Shown here piece by piece: positions 19,581 through 28,903 of a stretch of 64,000 bases of DNA. The position numbers and the translations under genes were made by a program. The stretch is from Kiritimatiellia bacterium (GTDB lineage: Bacteria > Verrucomicrobiota > Kiritimatiellia > JAAZAB01). The stretch lies in contig JAXGPF010000009.1 in the NCBI GenBank assembly GCA_040767085.1, positions 2,307-66,306 on the forward strand, given 5' to 3'. A model generated the notes under the pieces. That model was not told where the DNA came from. It was given only the letters and a program-made list of their open reading frames with translations, and searched no databases. Each line of letters begins with the position of its first letter. Position 1 is the stretch's first letter.

Positions 19581-20002
19581 GACATGGCTTCCGGTGGCGG
19601 CGGGCCGCGCCGGGCCAGGGCCACGCGCAGGGGATAACGCAGGCGCAATTCGTTTTCCAGGAGGATTTCCACCCAGTATGCGCCTGGTTCGGGGAAGTTC
19701 AAGTTGACGAAAAACTCCAGGTTGGTCATGGTGGCTTCAATCGAGGGGAGCTTGATGGGAATCTCGCGGCCGGATACGAGGACGGTGGACTGGTCCGGCT
19801 TGACAATCCGCGTTAGCTGCCGGAATTCGCCGTCGCCGCCGCACCAGCGGTTCACCACACAAACCCGGGGAAAGTTCAACGGCAACTGCGGCCCGGAGAT
19901 GAAGTCGAACAGGCCGATCAGGATGAACTTGCCGTTATGTTCCTGGCGCACATCGTCGCAAACCACGCTGAACTGCAAGTCGGGAATTATTTTGGAGTCC
20001 AT
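19577..20002 (-). CDS. hypothetical protein (no recognisable motif), translationally coupled to the DUF362/ferredoxin gene
   Basis: 141-aa ORF. Locally lower GC than flanks. Its stop overlaps the downstream start (ATGA). Confidence 0.4.
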   Translation of the reverse strand: MDSKIIPDLQFSVVCDDVRQEHNGKFILIGLFDFISGPQLPLNFPRVCVVNRWCGGDGEFRQLTRIVKPDQSTVLVSGREIPIKLPSIEATMTNLEFFVNLNFPEPGAYWVEILLENELRLRYPLRVALARRGPPPPEAMS

Positions 20003-20069
20003 GGCATTTTCATTTCCGTAGGTTAACCGTCATGCTGGCGCGCCGGCCGGCGGCAACGGGCGGCCAGTT

Positions 20070-20957
20070 TCACGTTGCCGCGGGCGGGTGCGGCGGCGCG
20101 GCGCCCGTTTGCGAGCAGACATACGCCGCCAGGCGGTTGGCGCGCCGGTTGATTTCCGGCAAGGGCCGGTCATTGAGCCGGCCCATAACCACCGCGGCGG
20201 CAAAAGCATCGCCCGCGCCCACCGTATCCGCCACCGCTACCGGGCAGCCCGGGTGTTCGTCCCGGCGGTGGCGTTCCGCCAGCAGGCTGCCGCGGGCGCC
20301 GCGCGTCAACGCCACCAGCTCCAGCGGATAACGCTCGAACAAAACGCGCAACAGGCCATCCAGGGAGGCGGGCAGGCCGAGCAGGCGCGCCGCGGCGGGC
20401 AACTCCTCATCGCTGATTTTCAGTATGTCGGCCATGCGCAGCGAGGCGTCCAGCACCTCCCGGTCGTAAAAATTTTCGCGTAAATTGATGTCGAACATCC
20501 GCAGACAGCGCGGCGGAACAGCCCGGATAAAACCGTGGATAGCGGCGCGCGCGGCGGGGCGGCGCTGGCCCAGCGTGCCGAAACAAACGGCATCCAGCGC
20601 GCCGGCCGCCTGTTCCAGCGCCGGCGTCAGCCGCCAATAATCCCAGGCCCGGTCCGCGGCGATGGTGTAAACCGGCCGGCCGGCCCCGTCCAGCCGGACC
20701 TCCACGACGCCCGTGGGATGGGCGGGATCCACGCTCACATTCGTATCGTCCAATCCCATGGCCCGGATCGCGGAGCGCAGCGCCTGGCCGTCGTCATCCG
20801 CGCCGACGGCGCTCACAACCATGGAGCGGGCGCCCAGGGCGCCGGCATGGTAAGCGAAATTGGCCGGCGCGCCGCCCGGCTGGCGGCCGCCGGGGAGCAA
20901 GTCCCATAACAGTTCGCCCACGCCGGCAACGCTGAACCTTTTACCAGGGCCATTCAT
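20070..20957 (-). CDS. PfkB-family carbohydrate kinase
   Basis: N-terminal GG motif region (VAGVGELLWDL) and C-terminal anion-hole motif (DTVGAGDAFAAAVV) of the ribokinase/PfkB family. Confidence 0.65.
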   Translation of the reverse strand: MNGPGKRFSVAGVGELLWDLLPGGRQPGGAPANFAYHAGALGARSMVVSAVGADDDGQALRSAIRAMGLDDTNVSVDPAHPTGVVEVRLDGAGRPVYTIAADRAWDYWRLTPALEQAAGALDAVCFGTLGQRRPAARAAIHGFIRAVPPRCLRMFDINLRENFYDREVLDASLRMADILKISDEELPAAARLLGLPASLDGLLRVLFERYPLELVALTRGARGSLLAERHRRDEHPGCPVAVADTVGAGDAFAAAVVMGRLNDRPLPEINRRANRLAAYVCSQTGAAPPHPPAAT

Positions 20958-20960
20958 AAT

Positions 20961-21545
20961 TCACCGGCGCAAAGCCTGGCGGATGATCTCCTCCACCGTG
21001 CCTTCAGCCGGCAGGCGGCCCGCCGCCGCCGCCGCCATTTTCTGCGCATCCGCCGGCTTATATCCCAGAGCCGCCAGCGCCCGCGCGGCATCCTGGACGC
21101 GCTGATCGCCCGGCAGCGCCGCCGCGCCATCAGGCAGGCCGGGATGCTTGATTTTATCGCGCAACTCCACCACCATCCGATCGGCGATTTTACGGCCGAT
21201 GCCGGAAATACTGCTCAAACGGGCGGTATCGCCGGCGGCAATGGCGGAGGACAATTCGGTCGCCGCCAGGCCGCTCAAAGCGCTCATGGCGGTGCGCGGC
21301 CCGATCCCGGTCACTCCCAGCAACAGCCCGAAAAGCCGACGTTCCGCCGGCGTGGCGAAACCGTACAAAAGATGCTGATCCTCGCGGACATAGTCATGCA
21401 CCCAGACGCGGCAGCACTCGCCGGCCGCGGGCAGGCGCGCGTAACTGTTCAGGGAAATAAACACCTCGTAACCGACGCCAGCCAGATCCAGGACCACGCG
21501 CGTGGGCGATTTTTCCGCCAGTGAGCCTTCCAGGAAGTCAATCAT
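20961..21545 (-). CDS. ruvA: Holliday junction DNA helicase RuvA
   Basis: MIDFLEGSL...GVGYEV N-terminus. HhH motifs (GIGPRTA). C-terminal RuvB-binding domain. The ORF extends upstream to 21605, but RuvA homology begins at the ATG at 21545. Confidence 0.85.
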   Translation of the reverse strand: MIDFLEGSLAEKSPTRVVLDLAGVGYEVFISLNSYARLPAAGECCRVWVHDYVREDQHLLYGFATPAERRLFGLLLGVTGIGPRTAMSALSGLAATELSSAIAAGDTARLSSISGIGRKIADRMVVELRDKIKHPGLPDGAAALPGDQRVQDAARALAALGYKPADAQKMAAAAAGRLPAEGTVEEIIRQALRR

Positions 21546-21547
21546 GT

Positions 21548-22075
21548 TCAAATTTCCTTGGGAGCGAGCGCGCCATGAAAGCGCGTGGCGCCATGCAGAT
21601 GGCAAACGGCGATGGCCAGGGCATCCGCGGCGTCTTCCTGCGGCTCATCGCGCAGGCGCAACAGCGCCACGATCATCCGGCGCACCTGATCCTTGTCCGC
21701 GGCGCCATACCCCGTCACCGCCAGCTTGACCCGCCGCGGCGGATACTCGTACACCGGAAGGCCGGCGGCGGCAATGGCAGCCAGCGCCGCTCCGCGCGCC
21801 TGCCCCAGCGCCAGAGCCGTTTTGACGTTTTTACAAAAGAACACGCCTTCAATTGCCACTGCGTCCGGCTCCAAGCGCCGGATGATATCGGCCAGCGATT
21901 GCGACAAGTGCTGCAGGCAGCGTGAGACCGGGCGCGCCGGCGGATTGCGGATCACGCAATATTCAATGGCTTCCAGGATGCTGCCGCGCGCCTGCACCAC
22001 GGCCACGCCGGAAGAGCGCAGCGACGTATCCAATCCCATCACCCGCGGCGCGGGTTGGCGGGCGGGAGCGTTCAT
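21548..22075 (-). CDS. ruvC: crossover junction endodeoxyribonuclease RuvC
   Basis: VMGLDTSLRSSGVAVV N-terminus with catalytic D/E pattern (IEGVFF, DAADALAIA). Confidence 0.85.
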   Translation of the reverse strand: MNAPARQPAPRVMGLDTSLRSSGVAVVQARGSILEAIEYCVIRNPPARPVSRCLQHLSQSLADIIRRLEPDAVAIEGVFFCKNVKTALALGQARGAALAAIAAAGLPVYEYPPRRVKLAVTGYGAADKDQVRRMIVALLRLRDEPQEDAADALAIAVCHLHGATRFHGALAPKEI

Positions 22076-22827
22076 TTCGATTCCAATTCCGCCAGCAACG
22101 CTTCGTCCACGTCCAGGTTGGAATAGACATTCTGGACGTCATCGTTTTCTTCCAGGGCCTCGATGAATTTCATGACATGGCTGGCCACGCTTTTATCGGT
22201 CACGTTCATGTAACTGTCCGGGATCAGCGTGATTTCGGCGGAGGTGGTTTTGATCCCCGCCTTCTCCAGGGCATCCATCACCGCCTGATATTCCGCCGGT
22301 TCGGTGATAACCTCGAACACGCCGCCATCCTGCTGCATGTCTTCCGCGCCGGCTTCCAGCACGATACTCATCAGTTTTTCTTCTTCCACGGCGCCGGCAT
22401 CCACCAGGATCTGGCCCTTGCGTTTAAAATTGCGCATGACCGAGCCCGGCCCGGCCAGGTTGCTGCCGAACCGGGTGAAGATGTGGCGGATTTCCGAGGC
22501 GGCGCGGTTTTTATTGTCGGTCAGGGCCTTGACGATTAAAGCCACGCCCCCGCCCGCATAACCCTCGTAAACGATTTCCTCCAACTGGGCCCCGGCGATT
22601 TCACCGGTCCCTTTCTTGATGGCGCGTTCCACATTGTCGGCCGGCATGTTTGCCGCACGGGCCTTGTTCATAATGGTGCGCAGCGACGGATTCATGTCCG
22701 GATTGCCGCCGCCCGCGCGGGCCGACAGGGTTAATTCCTTGCTCAAGCGGCTGAAAATCTGGCCGCGCTTGGCGTCCGCCGCGCCTTTCTTGTGCTGAAT
22801 GGTTTTCCATTTGCTATGGCCGCTCAT
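22072..22827 (-). CDS. yebC: YebC/PmpR family DNA-binding transcriptional regulator
   Basis: MSGHSKWKTIQHKKGAADAKRGQIFS... canonical YebC N-terminus. Overlaps the ruvC start. Confidence 0.85.
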   Translation of the reverse strand: MSGHSKWKTIQHKKGAADAKRGQIFSRLSKELTLSARAGGGNPDMNPSLRTIMNKARAANMPADNVERAIKKGTGEIAGAQLEEIVYEGYAGGGVALIVKALTDNKNRAASEIRHIFTRFGSNLAGPGSVMRNFKRKGQILVDAGAVEEEKLMSIVLEAGAEDMQQDGGVFEVITEPAEYQAVMDALEKAGIKTTSAEITLIPDSYMNVTDKSVASHVMKFIEALEENDDVQNVYSNLDVDEALLAELESK

Positions 22828-22863
22828 CTGGTCCTCCTGCTGTTACAAGCTCCAACTTCACAA

Positions 22864-23817
22864 TTAAGCAACCGGCGCCGGCAGCAACGCCGCGTCCGGC
22901 AACATGTTATACCCCAGCAATTCCGCCGGGGCGTCCGGGCCGCATTCCTGCTGCCAGCCCAAAGCAAATCCCAGGTCTTCCATGCGCCGGCACACGGCCG
23001 CATATTCCGCCGGCGTCACCCGGCGGTTCCAGCCGGCGCAATGCGCCGCCCGGTACGCCGGCACATATTGCCCCATCAGGCTCACCGCGGTTTCCGGGCC
23101 GAGATTTTCCGCCAACCATTCCAGGCTGGCGCAGGCCTCCTGGGCCCGGCCCGGCAAAACCAGCACGCGGCAAATCAAGCCCGACCTGGCCACGCCCGCG
23201 TCATCCAGACGCAAGGGTCCGGTCTGCCGCCGCATTTCCTGAAGCGCCCGGCGCGCCTGGCGCACGTAATCCGGCGCATCTGAAGCAACCCGGGCCGTGG
23301 CGTCGTCGGCGTAACGCAGGTCGGCCAGGTACACCGCCACAAGGCCTTCCAACTCGCGCAACGTCTCCACCCGCTCGTAGCTGCTGGTATTATACACCAC
23401 CGGCAAATCGCCGCCGGCGGCCCGGGCCCGGGCCAGGGCCGCCATAATCTGCGGCAACCATGGCGTCGGGCTGACCAGGTTCCAGTTATGGCAGCCGGCC
23501 GCCTGCAACTCCAGCAATATCTCCGCCAGCCGGTCCACGCTGCAATCCCGCCCGGCCCCTTCCTGGCTCCATGGGTAATTCTGGCAATAAAGGCACCGCA
23601 GTGTGCAGCGGCTGAAGAAAACCGCGCCGGATCCCCGTGTCCCGGCCAATGGCGGCTCCTCGCCGCAATGCGGTCCGTAACGATAAATCCGCGGCAGGCT
23701 GCCGGCCCCGCAATAACCTTGCGCGCCGTCGGAACGCCGCGCCCGGCAGCGCCGCGGGCACAATTCGCAAGCCGCCGCGCCGAGCAGCGGCGCCATCTCC
23801 GGCCGAACTTCGATCAA
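22864..23817 (-). CDS. radical SAM protein, PflA-like / AmmeMemoRadiSam-type
   Basis: N-terminal Cys-rich segment (CELCPRRC...GYCG). Radical SAM core CX3CX2C followed by QNY (CTLRCLYCQNY). Confidence 0.6.
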   Translation of the reverse strand: MIEVRPEMAPLLGAAACELCPRRCRARRSDGAQGYCGAGSLPRIYRYGPHCGEEPPLAGTRGSGAVFFSRCTLRCLYCQNYPWSQEGAGRDCSVDRLAEILLELQAAGCHNWNLVSPTPWLPQIMAALARARAAGGDLPVVYNTSSYERVETLRELEGLVAVYLADLRYADDATARVASDAPDYVRQARRALQEMRRQTGPLRLDDAGVARSGLICRVLVLPGRAQEACASLEWLAENLGPETAVSLMGQYVPAYRAAHCAGWNRRVTPAEYAAVCRRMEDLGFALGWQQECGPDAPAELLGYNMLPDAALLPAPVA

Positions 23818-25826
23818 TCCTCTGTTTCCTTGGTTTTTTCAGCTTCCGCAATAATTTTCTGGGCGATGTTGGACGGCACGATATCATAACGCGCAAACTG
23901 CATTTCAAACGAACCGCGGCCGCCGGTGATGCTGCGCAACTCGGAACAATAGCGGAATAACTCCACCTGGGGGACATCCGCCGTGATCACCTGGAGCCCA
24001 TCCTGGACGTCCACGCCCAGAATCCGGCCCCGGCGGTGGTTCAAGTCGCCGTTGATATCGCCCATGTACTGGTCCGGCACCATGACCTTGATACTCATGA
24101 CCGGCTCCAGCAGCACGGGTTTCGCCTTGCTCATGGCGTCCTTAAAGGCGCGGGAGGCGGCGATCTTAAACGCGATTTCCGAGGAATCCACATCATGGTA
24201 GGATCCGTCATACACGGTGACCCGCACATTCACCACGGGGCAGCCGGCCAGCGCGCCATGGCGCATGGCCTCCACGAACCCCTTTTCGCAAGCGGGAATG
24301 AAATTGCGCGGAATGACGCCGCCGACCACGGCGTCTTCGAACCATTCCTCGCCTTGGGGCAGGGGCTGGACCTTAGCGTAAACTTCCGCGTATTGACCGC
24401 GGCCGCCGGATTGTTTCTTATGCCGGTAATGCCCGTCGCCGAGGCTGGTAACCGTCTCGCGGTATGACACCTTGGGCACTTTAAACTCCAGATTCAGATT
24501 GCTGCGCTTGCGCACCATTTCGCGCACGAGTTCCAGGTGGGCGTCGCCCATGCCGGACAGGATCATCTCGTTCGTATCGGGGTTGCGCTCCATTTTCAAG
24601 GTGGGATCGTCTTCGATCGCGCGCTGGAGAGCGACGCCGATCTTGTCATCCTCGCCGTCCTTGGCAAACACCGCGTTGAAGACCACCGGATTGCGGAACA
24701 CCACCGGCGCGAACTCGATCTTCCGGCCGGGGGCGCAGAGGCTGTCGTTCAATTGCGTGTTTTTCAACTTCGGTAAAGCGATAATGTCGCCCGCGTGCGC
24801 CTCGCCCACCGGCACCTGCTTCTTGCCGCAGGGCGCAAAAAACGCGCCGATGGTCTCCTTGACGCCCCGGGTGGCGTTATAAATTTCCATACCTTCGCGG
24901 AAAGTGCCGCTGACCACGCGGGCGAAAGCCAGTTTGCCGGCATAAGGGTCTGTCAGGGAACGCCAGACAAAGGCGCTGCATGGGGCTTCCGGGGCGGAAT
25001 CCACCGCCTGGTCCTGGGCGTCTTTGAGAGGGCGGTCCAGCGGGGAGGGAAACAGCCGGGCGATACCGTCCAGCAAATCCGCCACGCCGGCGTCCTTCGG
25101 GGCCGTAGCGGCAAAGACGGGGACCAGGCTGCCGGACGCGACGGCGCCGCGCAAGCCTTTTTCGATTTCGTCCGGCGTCAGTTCTTCGCCGCCCAGGAAT
25201 TTTTCAATCAGCGCATCGTCCGTCTCCGCGGCCTTTTCCAGCAGCGCGTTGCGGGCTTCCGCGGCGGCCGCCGGCAGATCGGGCCTGGCGTCCAGCAAGG
25301 CCACCGGGCGGCCATCCAACCAGGCGGTCACCGGCACACAGGCGCCGCCCCAGACCTCCTGGATTTCCGCCAGGATTTTGGCGTAATCCGCCGATTCGCG
25401 ATCCAGTCCGGTGATCACCACGGCGCGCGGCAGGCCGCGGTTTTCGCATTGCCGCCAGGCGGCGCGGGTGCCGACCTGGATACCGTCCACGGCGTCCACC
25501 GCGATCAACACGGCATCCGCCATATGCAGGGCGCATTGCACCTGGCCGAAAAAATCGTCCGTGCCCGGGGTATCCACAAACATCAATTGCGTTTTCGCGC
25601 CGCGGGGATTCCGGTAAACGGCGCATAAGGGCGTGGCGTAAATACTGGTCTTGCGCGAGATTTCCTCGTCCGTGTAATCGCACATGCTGGTGCCGTTGGC
25701 GGGCGAGCCCTGGCGGTCATTCATGCCCGTTTTGAAAAGCATGGCATCGCACAAGGCGGTTTTGCCGCTGCCGCTGTGGCCCGCAAGCGCGAAATTGCGT
25801 ACATCTTTAACCGCAATATCTTTCAT
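23814..25826 (-). CDS. elongation factor G-like GTPase (EF-G paralog with atypical G1 motif)
   Basis: 670 aa. G-domain (GHSGSGKTAL instead of AHIDAGKT; DTPG; TGLD). EF-G domains II-V recognisable. Its stop overlaps the radical SAM gene start by 4 nt. Confidence 0.7.
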   Translation of the reverse strand: MKDIAVKDVRNFALAGHSGSGKTALCDAMLFKTGMNDRQGSPANGTSMCDYTDEEISRKTSIYATPLCAVYRNPRGAKTQLMFVDTPGTDDFFGQVQCALHMADAVLIAVDAVDGIQVGTRAAWRQCENRGLPRAVVITGLDRESADYAKILAEIQEVWGGACVPVTAWLDGRPVALLDARPDLPAAAAEARNALLEKAAETDDALIEKFLGGEELTPDEIEKGLRGAVASGSLVPVFAATAPKDAGVADLLDGIARLFPSPLDRPLKDAQDQAVDSAPEAPCSAFVWRSLTDPYAGKLAFARVVSGTFREGMEIYNATRGVKETIGAFFAPCGKKQVPVGEAHAGDIIALPKLKNTQLNDSLCAPGRKIEFAPVVFRNPVVFNAVFAKDGEDDKIGVALQRAIEDDPTLKMERNPDTNEMILSGMGDAHLELVREMVRKRSNLNLEFKVPKVSYRETVTSLGDGHYRHKKQSGGRGQYAEVYAKVQPLPQGEEWFEDAVVGGVIPRNFIPACEKGFVEAMRHGALAGCPVVNVRVTVYDGSYHDVDSSEIAFKIAASRAFKDAMSKAKPVLLEPVMSIKVMVPDQYMGDINGDLNHRRGRILGVDVQDGLQVITADVPQVELFRYCSELRSITGGRGSFEMQFARYDIVPSNIAQKIIAEAEKTKETED

Positions 25827-25911
25827 GATCCTCCCTTAATAGACATACCCGCGCGACCCCAAAGCCGCCTTTTGTCATTTATAGCCGAAGCGGCGGGCGA
25901 ATGCAAGACAA

Positions 25912-26844
25912 TCAATCCACCGTCCGGGCGCCGACCTTGTGTTTCCAGATGAGGAAAAAGGCCGCCACCGACGCCGCCGCCAGCCCCACGATCACCCAGA
26001 AGGCCATCGGATGCTGCATGTTCATCGGCATGCTCACATTCATGGAAAAGGCGCTCACGACGAAAGTCGGCACCATGATGCCGATGGTAATGATATTGAG
26101 GGTTTTCATCAGGACGTTCAGGTTGTTGTTGACGATGGACACGCGCGCATCCATCATGCTGGCCAGAATGGTCGAATAGATCTCCGCCAGGCGATAACAC
26201 TGGTTGTTCTCGATGAAAATGTCTTCCAGCAATTCCAGGTCCCGGTCCGTCATCCCCAGCTTGGCGGCGTTGTACTTCCACCGGTCAATCAGGGATGAGT
26301 TGGAATTGATGGCGCTGAGGTAATACACCAGGCTTTTTTCGAGGGTAAACAAGTTCAACAGGTACTTGTTTTCCATGGCGGTGCTGATTTTCTGCTCCAG
26401 GGAATCGGCAATCATGTTGATCACCTTCAGGTGTTCCACATAATGCTGAATCGTGCGATAAACCAGCCGCAGCGCCAGGTCCAGGAGGGAATTCACCCGG
26501 TTAAACAACTTGCCGCTGAACAGTTGAATGTCGTCGGACAGCAGCACGACCAGGCGTTCCTGGAAGAGAAACACGCCGACCGATCCCACTTTGAACAGGA
26601 ACTGGTCCCGGGAAGAATAATTCTTCGGGCGCTTGAAGATCATGGCCACATGGTCTTCCTCGAATTCCAGGCGCGACAATTCGTCGGGGTCGAGGGCGGA
26701 ATTCATGGTGTGCTCGTCCAGTTTGTATGTGCCGAGCAGCAGCTTGCGTTCGGCATCGTCCGGCGCGATGAACACCAGGATGTTGCCGGGCTGGTCGCCG
26801 CTTTCCTGCAAGCGCCCGTCCCGCAGTAAATATTGCTTTAACAT
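25912..26844 (-). CDS. corA: CorA-family divalent cation transporter (variant GMN motif SMN)
   Basis: Two C-terminal TM helices with an (A)FSMNVSMP loop motif. Cytoplasmic N-terminal domain. Visibly lower GC than neighbours. Confidence 0.6.
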   Translation of the reverse strand: MLKQYLLRDGRLQESGDQPGNILVFIAPDDAERKLLLGTYKLDEHTMNSALDPDELSRLEFEEDHVAMIFKRPKNYSSRDQFLFKVGSVGVFLFQERLVVLLSDDIQLFSGKLFNRVNSLLDLALRLVYRTIQHYVEHLKVINMIADSLEQKISTAMENKYLLNLFTLEKSLVYYLSAINSNSSLIDRWKYNAAKLGMTDRDLELLEDIFIENNQCYRLAEIYSTILASMMDARVSIVNNNLNVLMKTLNIITIGIMVPTFVVSAFSMNVSMPMNMQHPMAFWVIVGLAAASVAAFFLIWKHKVGARTVD

Positions 26845-26854
26845 AAACGTAAAA

Positions 26855-26876
26855 CTTTCAAAACGTGAGTTTTGAA
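26855..26876 (-). promoter_or_regulatory. 9-bp inverted repeat TTTCAAAAC-GTGA-GTTTTGAAA in the corA leader / divergent promoter region
   Basis: Perfect palindrome located 11-32 nt upstream of the corA start, in the AT-richer 250-nt gap shared with the divergent GT39 gene. Confidence 0.3.
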
Positions 26877-27096
26877 AAATTTAACGCAAAACCAGCGTCA
26901 AAAGCAAAGCCGGCGTCTCCGGCTATGCAACAGGCCACTATATAACGATTTTGCTGCCGCTCGTCAAGCGGCATTTTACCCACCCAGCCTGTGTCATTCC
27001 CGGCTGCCCGCCCGGCTCGTCCGCCGTAGTCTTGCGCTCAAATCGAAGGCACAGCATATTTTTCGTGCATCGCGCCGCGGAATCATTTAAATTGAC

Positions 27097-28851
27097 TTGT
27101 TTCGATTCGGAACAGGATTATTGCCGCCGCCAACAGGAAGGTTCAGGATGGACGCTGTTTCGCCTTTGTCGCACCCACTGGCGCGCGGCGCCGCGCTGGC
27201 GCTGGCCGCGGCGCTGCTGGTCATGCTCTTCGGCCGCGGCTTGATGGACCCCGACGAGGGGCGCTACGCCGAAATCCCGCGCGAGATGGCGGTGTCGGGC
27301 AACTGGATGGAAATGCGCCTGTTGGGATTCCGGTATTATGAAAAGCCCCCCCTGGCCTACTGGCTGACCGCCCCGGCAATCCTGGCCTGCGGCGCCCGCG
27401 ACTGGGCGGTGCGGATTCCGCTGGCGCTCAACCTTGCCGGCATGGCCTGGCTGTTTTACCGGTTGATGCGCCGGGAATGGCCGGCCGACTCCAGCCGTTG
27501 GACACTGCTCATCGGTTCCGCATCCCTGGGCTTTACCGCCGGCTTCACGCTCCTGATGACCGATCCGTTCCTGGCGCTGTTTTTTAGTTTGACCTGCTAC
27601 TGGGCGTACCTATGGTTTGAGACACCGCCGCCAGCCGCGGGACGGCGCGCCCGGCTGGCCGTCGCCGCCGGCGCCGCCGCCGCGCTGGGTTTCCTGACCA
27701 AGGGCGCCGTGGCGGCGGTACTGCCCGGCGCCATCATCCTGATCTGGGCGGCATGGGAACGCCGGCTGCGCCAGCTGCGCTTTTCGCTGTTGGCCTGGGC
27801 CGGCGTGATTTTCCTGGCCATCGCCGGCAGCGCCCTGCTCCTGATCGAGCGGCACAACCCGGGCTTTTTCCTGCATTTTATCTGGAATGAACATATCGCC
27901 CGCTTTACCGGCACCCGCGAATTGCAGGGCCATCCGGAGCCGTTCTGGTATTTCGGCTATATCATACCGCTGCTGCTGGCGCCGTGGACGCTGTTCCTGG
28001 CGCGCGCGGCCAGGATGATGGCGGCGCGGCGCGCGCTTCAGACCGACCGTCTGACGCGCCTGCTGCTGGTCTGGGCTGGCGTCGTGGTGTTCTTTTTTTC
28101 CGCCAGCACGGGCAAACTGATGTCCTACATCCTGCCGGCCATCTTTCCCATCCTGATCCTGCTGGGCCGCTGGGGGATCGCTGAACCGTTCGACGGCACA
28201 GAGGCCGACCGCCGCTTGATCCGGTGGGGAACCGCCGGAACGCTGCTCATCATGGCGGCTTTGATCCTGGCCTGGGCGGCCAGTTACACGGACATCTTCC
28301 CGGACAAACTACAGCCGGTCCGCGGCGCCAGCATCCTGGCCTTACTGCCGCTGGCTGCCTGTGGTTGGCCGGCTCTGCGCTGCTGGCGCGCCGGCAGCGA
28401 CTTCCGTCCGCCCGTGGCGCTATTGAACGCCGGCATTCTCCTGACCGCGGCCTTGATGCTGACCCCGCTTCCCGGCCGCTGTTTCAACGTTACCGCCCGC
28501 AAAAACTCGGCCATCGTCTACCAGGCCCTGGCCGGCCGCCTGACGCCGGCGGACCGCCTGGTCTCGTTATGGTCCTACCGTCCTTCGCTGGCTTTTTATA
28601 CCGGGCGGATTTACCGGCCGTACCAAAGCCGGAACGAACTGCTGTTCGGCATGCGCATGGAGCCGGGCCGTCCGGCCGATATGCAGCATCCGGATGAAAT
28701 CCGCGCTTTGGCCGCCGGCACCCCGGGCCGGGTGTACGCCCTGGTTGAGCCGGATGATTACGTCAAGCGGTTGCCGGAACTAGGGCTTAAATTCCAGGCA
28801 ACGGATTTGCCGTGCGATCCCAGGACCATCATCCTGGAAGTTGTGCCGTGA
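27097..28851 (+). CDS. glycosyltransferase family 39/83 protein (ArnT/PMT-like)
   Basis: Periplasmic-loop DE motif (MDPDEGRYAEI...YYEKPPLAYWL) after TM1. About 11 TM helices. An alternative start at 27148 is possible. Confidence 0.65.
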   Translation: MFRFGTGLLPPPTGRFRMDAVSPLSHPLARGAALALAAALLVMLFGRGLMDPDEGRYAEIPREMAVSGNWMEMRLLGFRYYEKPPLAYWLTAPAILACGARDWAVRIPLALNLAGMAWLFYRLMRREWPADSSRWTLLIGSASLGFTAGFTLLMTDPFLALFFSLTCYWAYLWFETPPPAAGRRARLAVAAGAAAALGFLTKGAVAAVLPGAIILIWAAWERRLRQLRFSLLAWAGVIFLAIAGSALLLIERHNPGFFLHFIWNEHIARFTGTRELQGHPEPFWYFGYIIPLLLAPWTLFLARAARMMAARRALQTDRLTRLLLVWAGVVVFFFSASTGKLMSYILPAIFPILILLGRWGIAEPFDGTEADRRLIRWGTAGTLLIMAALILAWAASYTDIFPDKLQPVRGASILALLPLAACGWPALRCWRAGSDFRPPVALLNAGILLTAALMLTPLPGRCFNVTARKNSAIVYQALAGRLTPADRLVSLWSYRPSLAFYTGRIYRPYQSRNELLFGMRMEPGRPADMQHPDEIRALAAGTPGRVYALVEPDDYVKRLPELGLKFQATDLPCDPRTIILEVVP

Positions 28852-28903
28852 AAGGCCGCGGAAAGGGCTTGTCACAGCATCGTACAAACGCTAGATTACT
28901 GAT

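Noticed and set aside
26896-26912. Short palindrome GCCGGCGTCTCCGGC in the corA/GT39 intergenic region
   Set aside because: Only a 5-bp GC stem. Expected by chance in 65% GC DNA.
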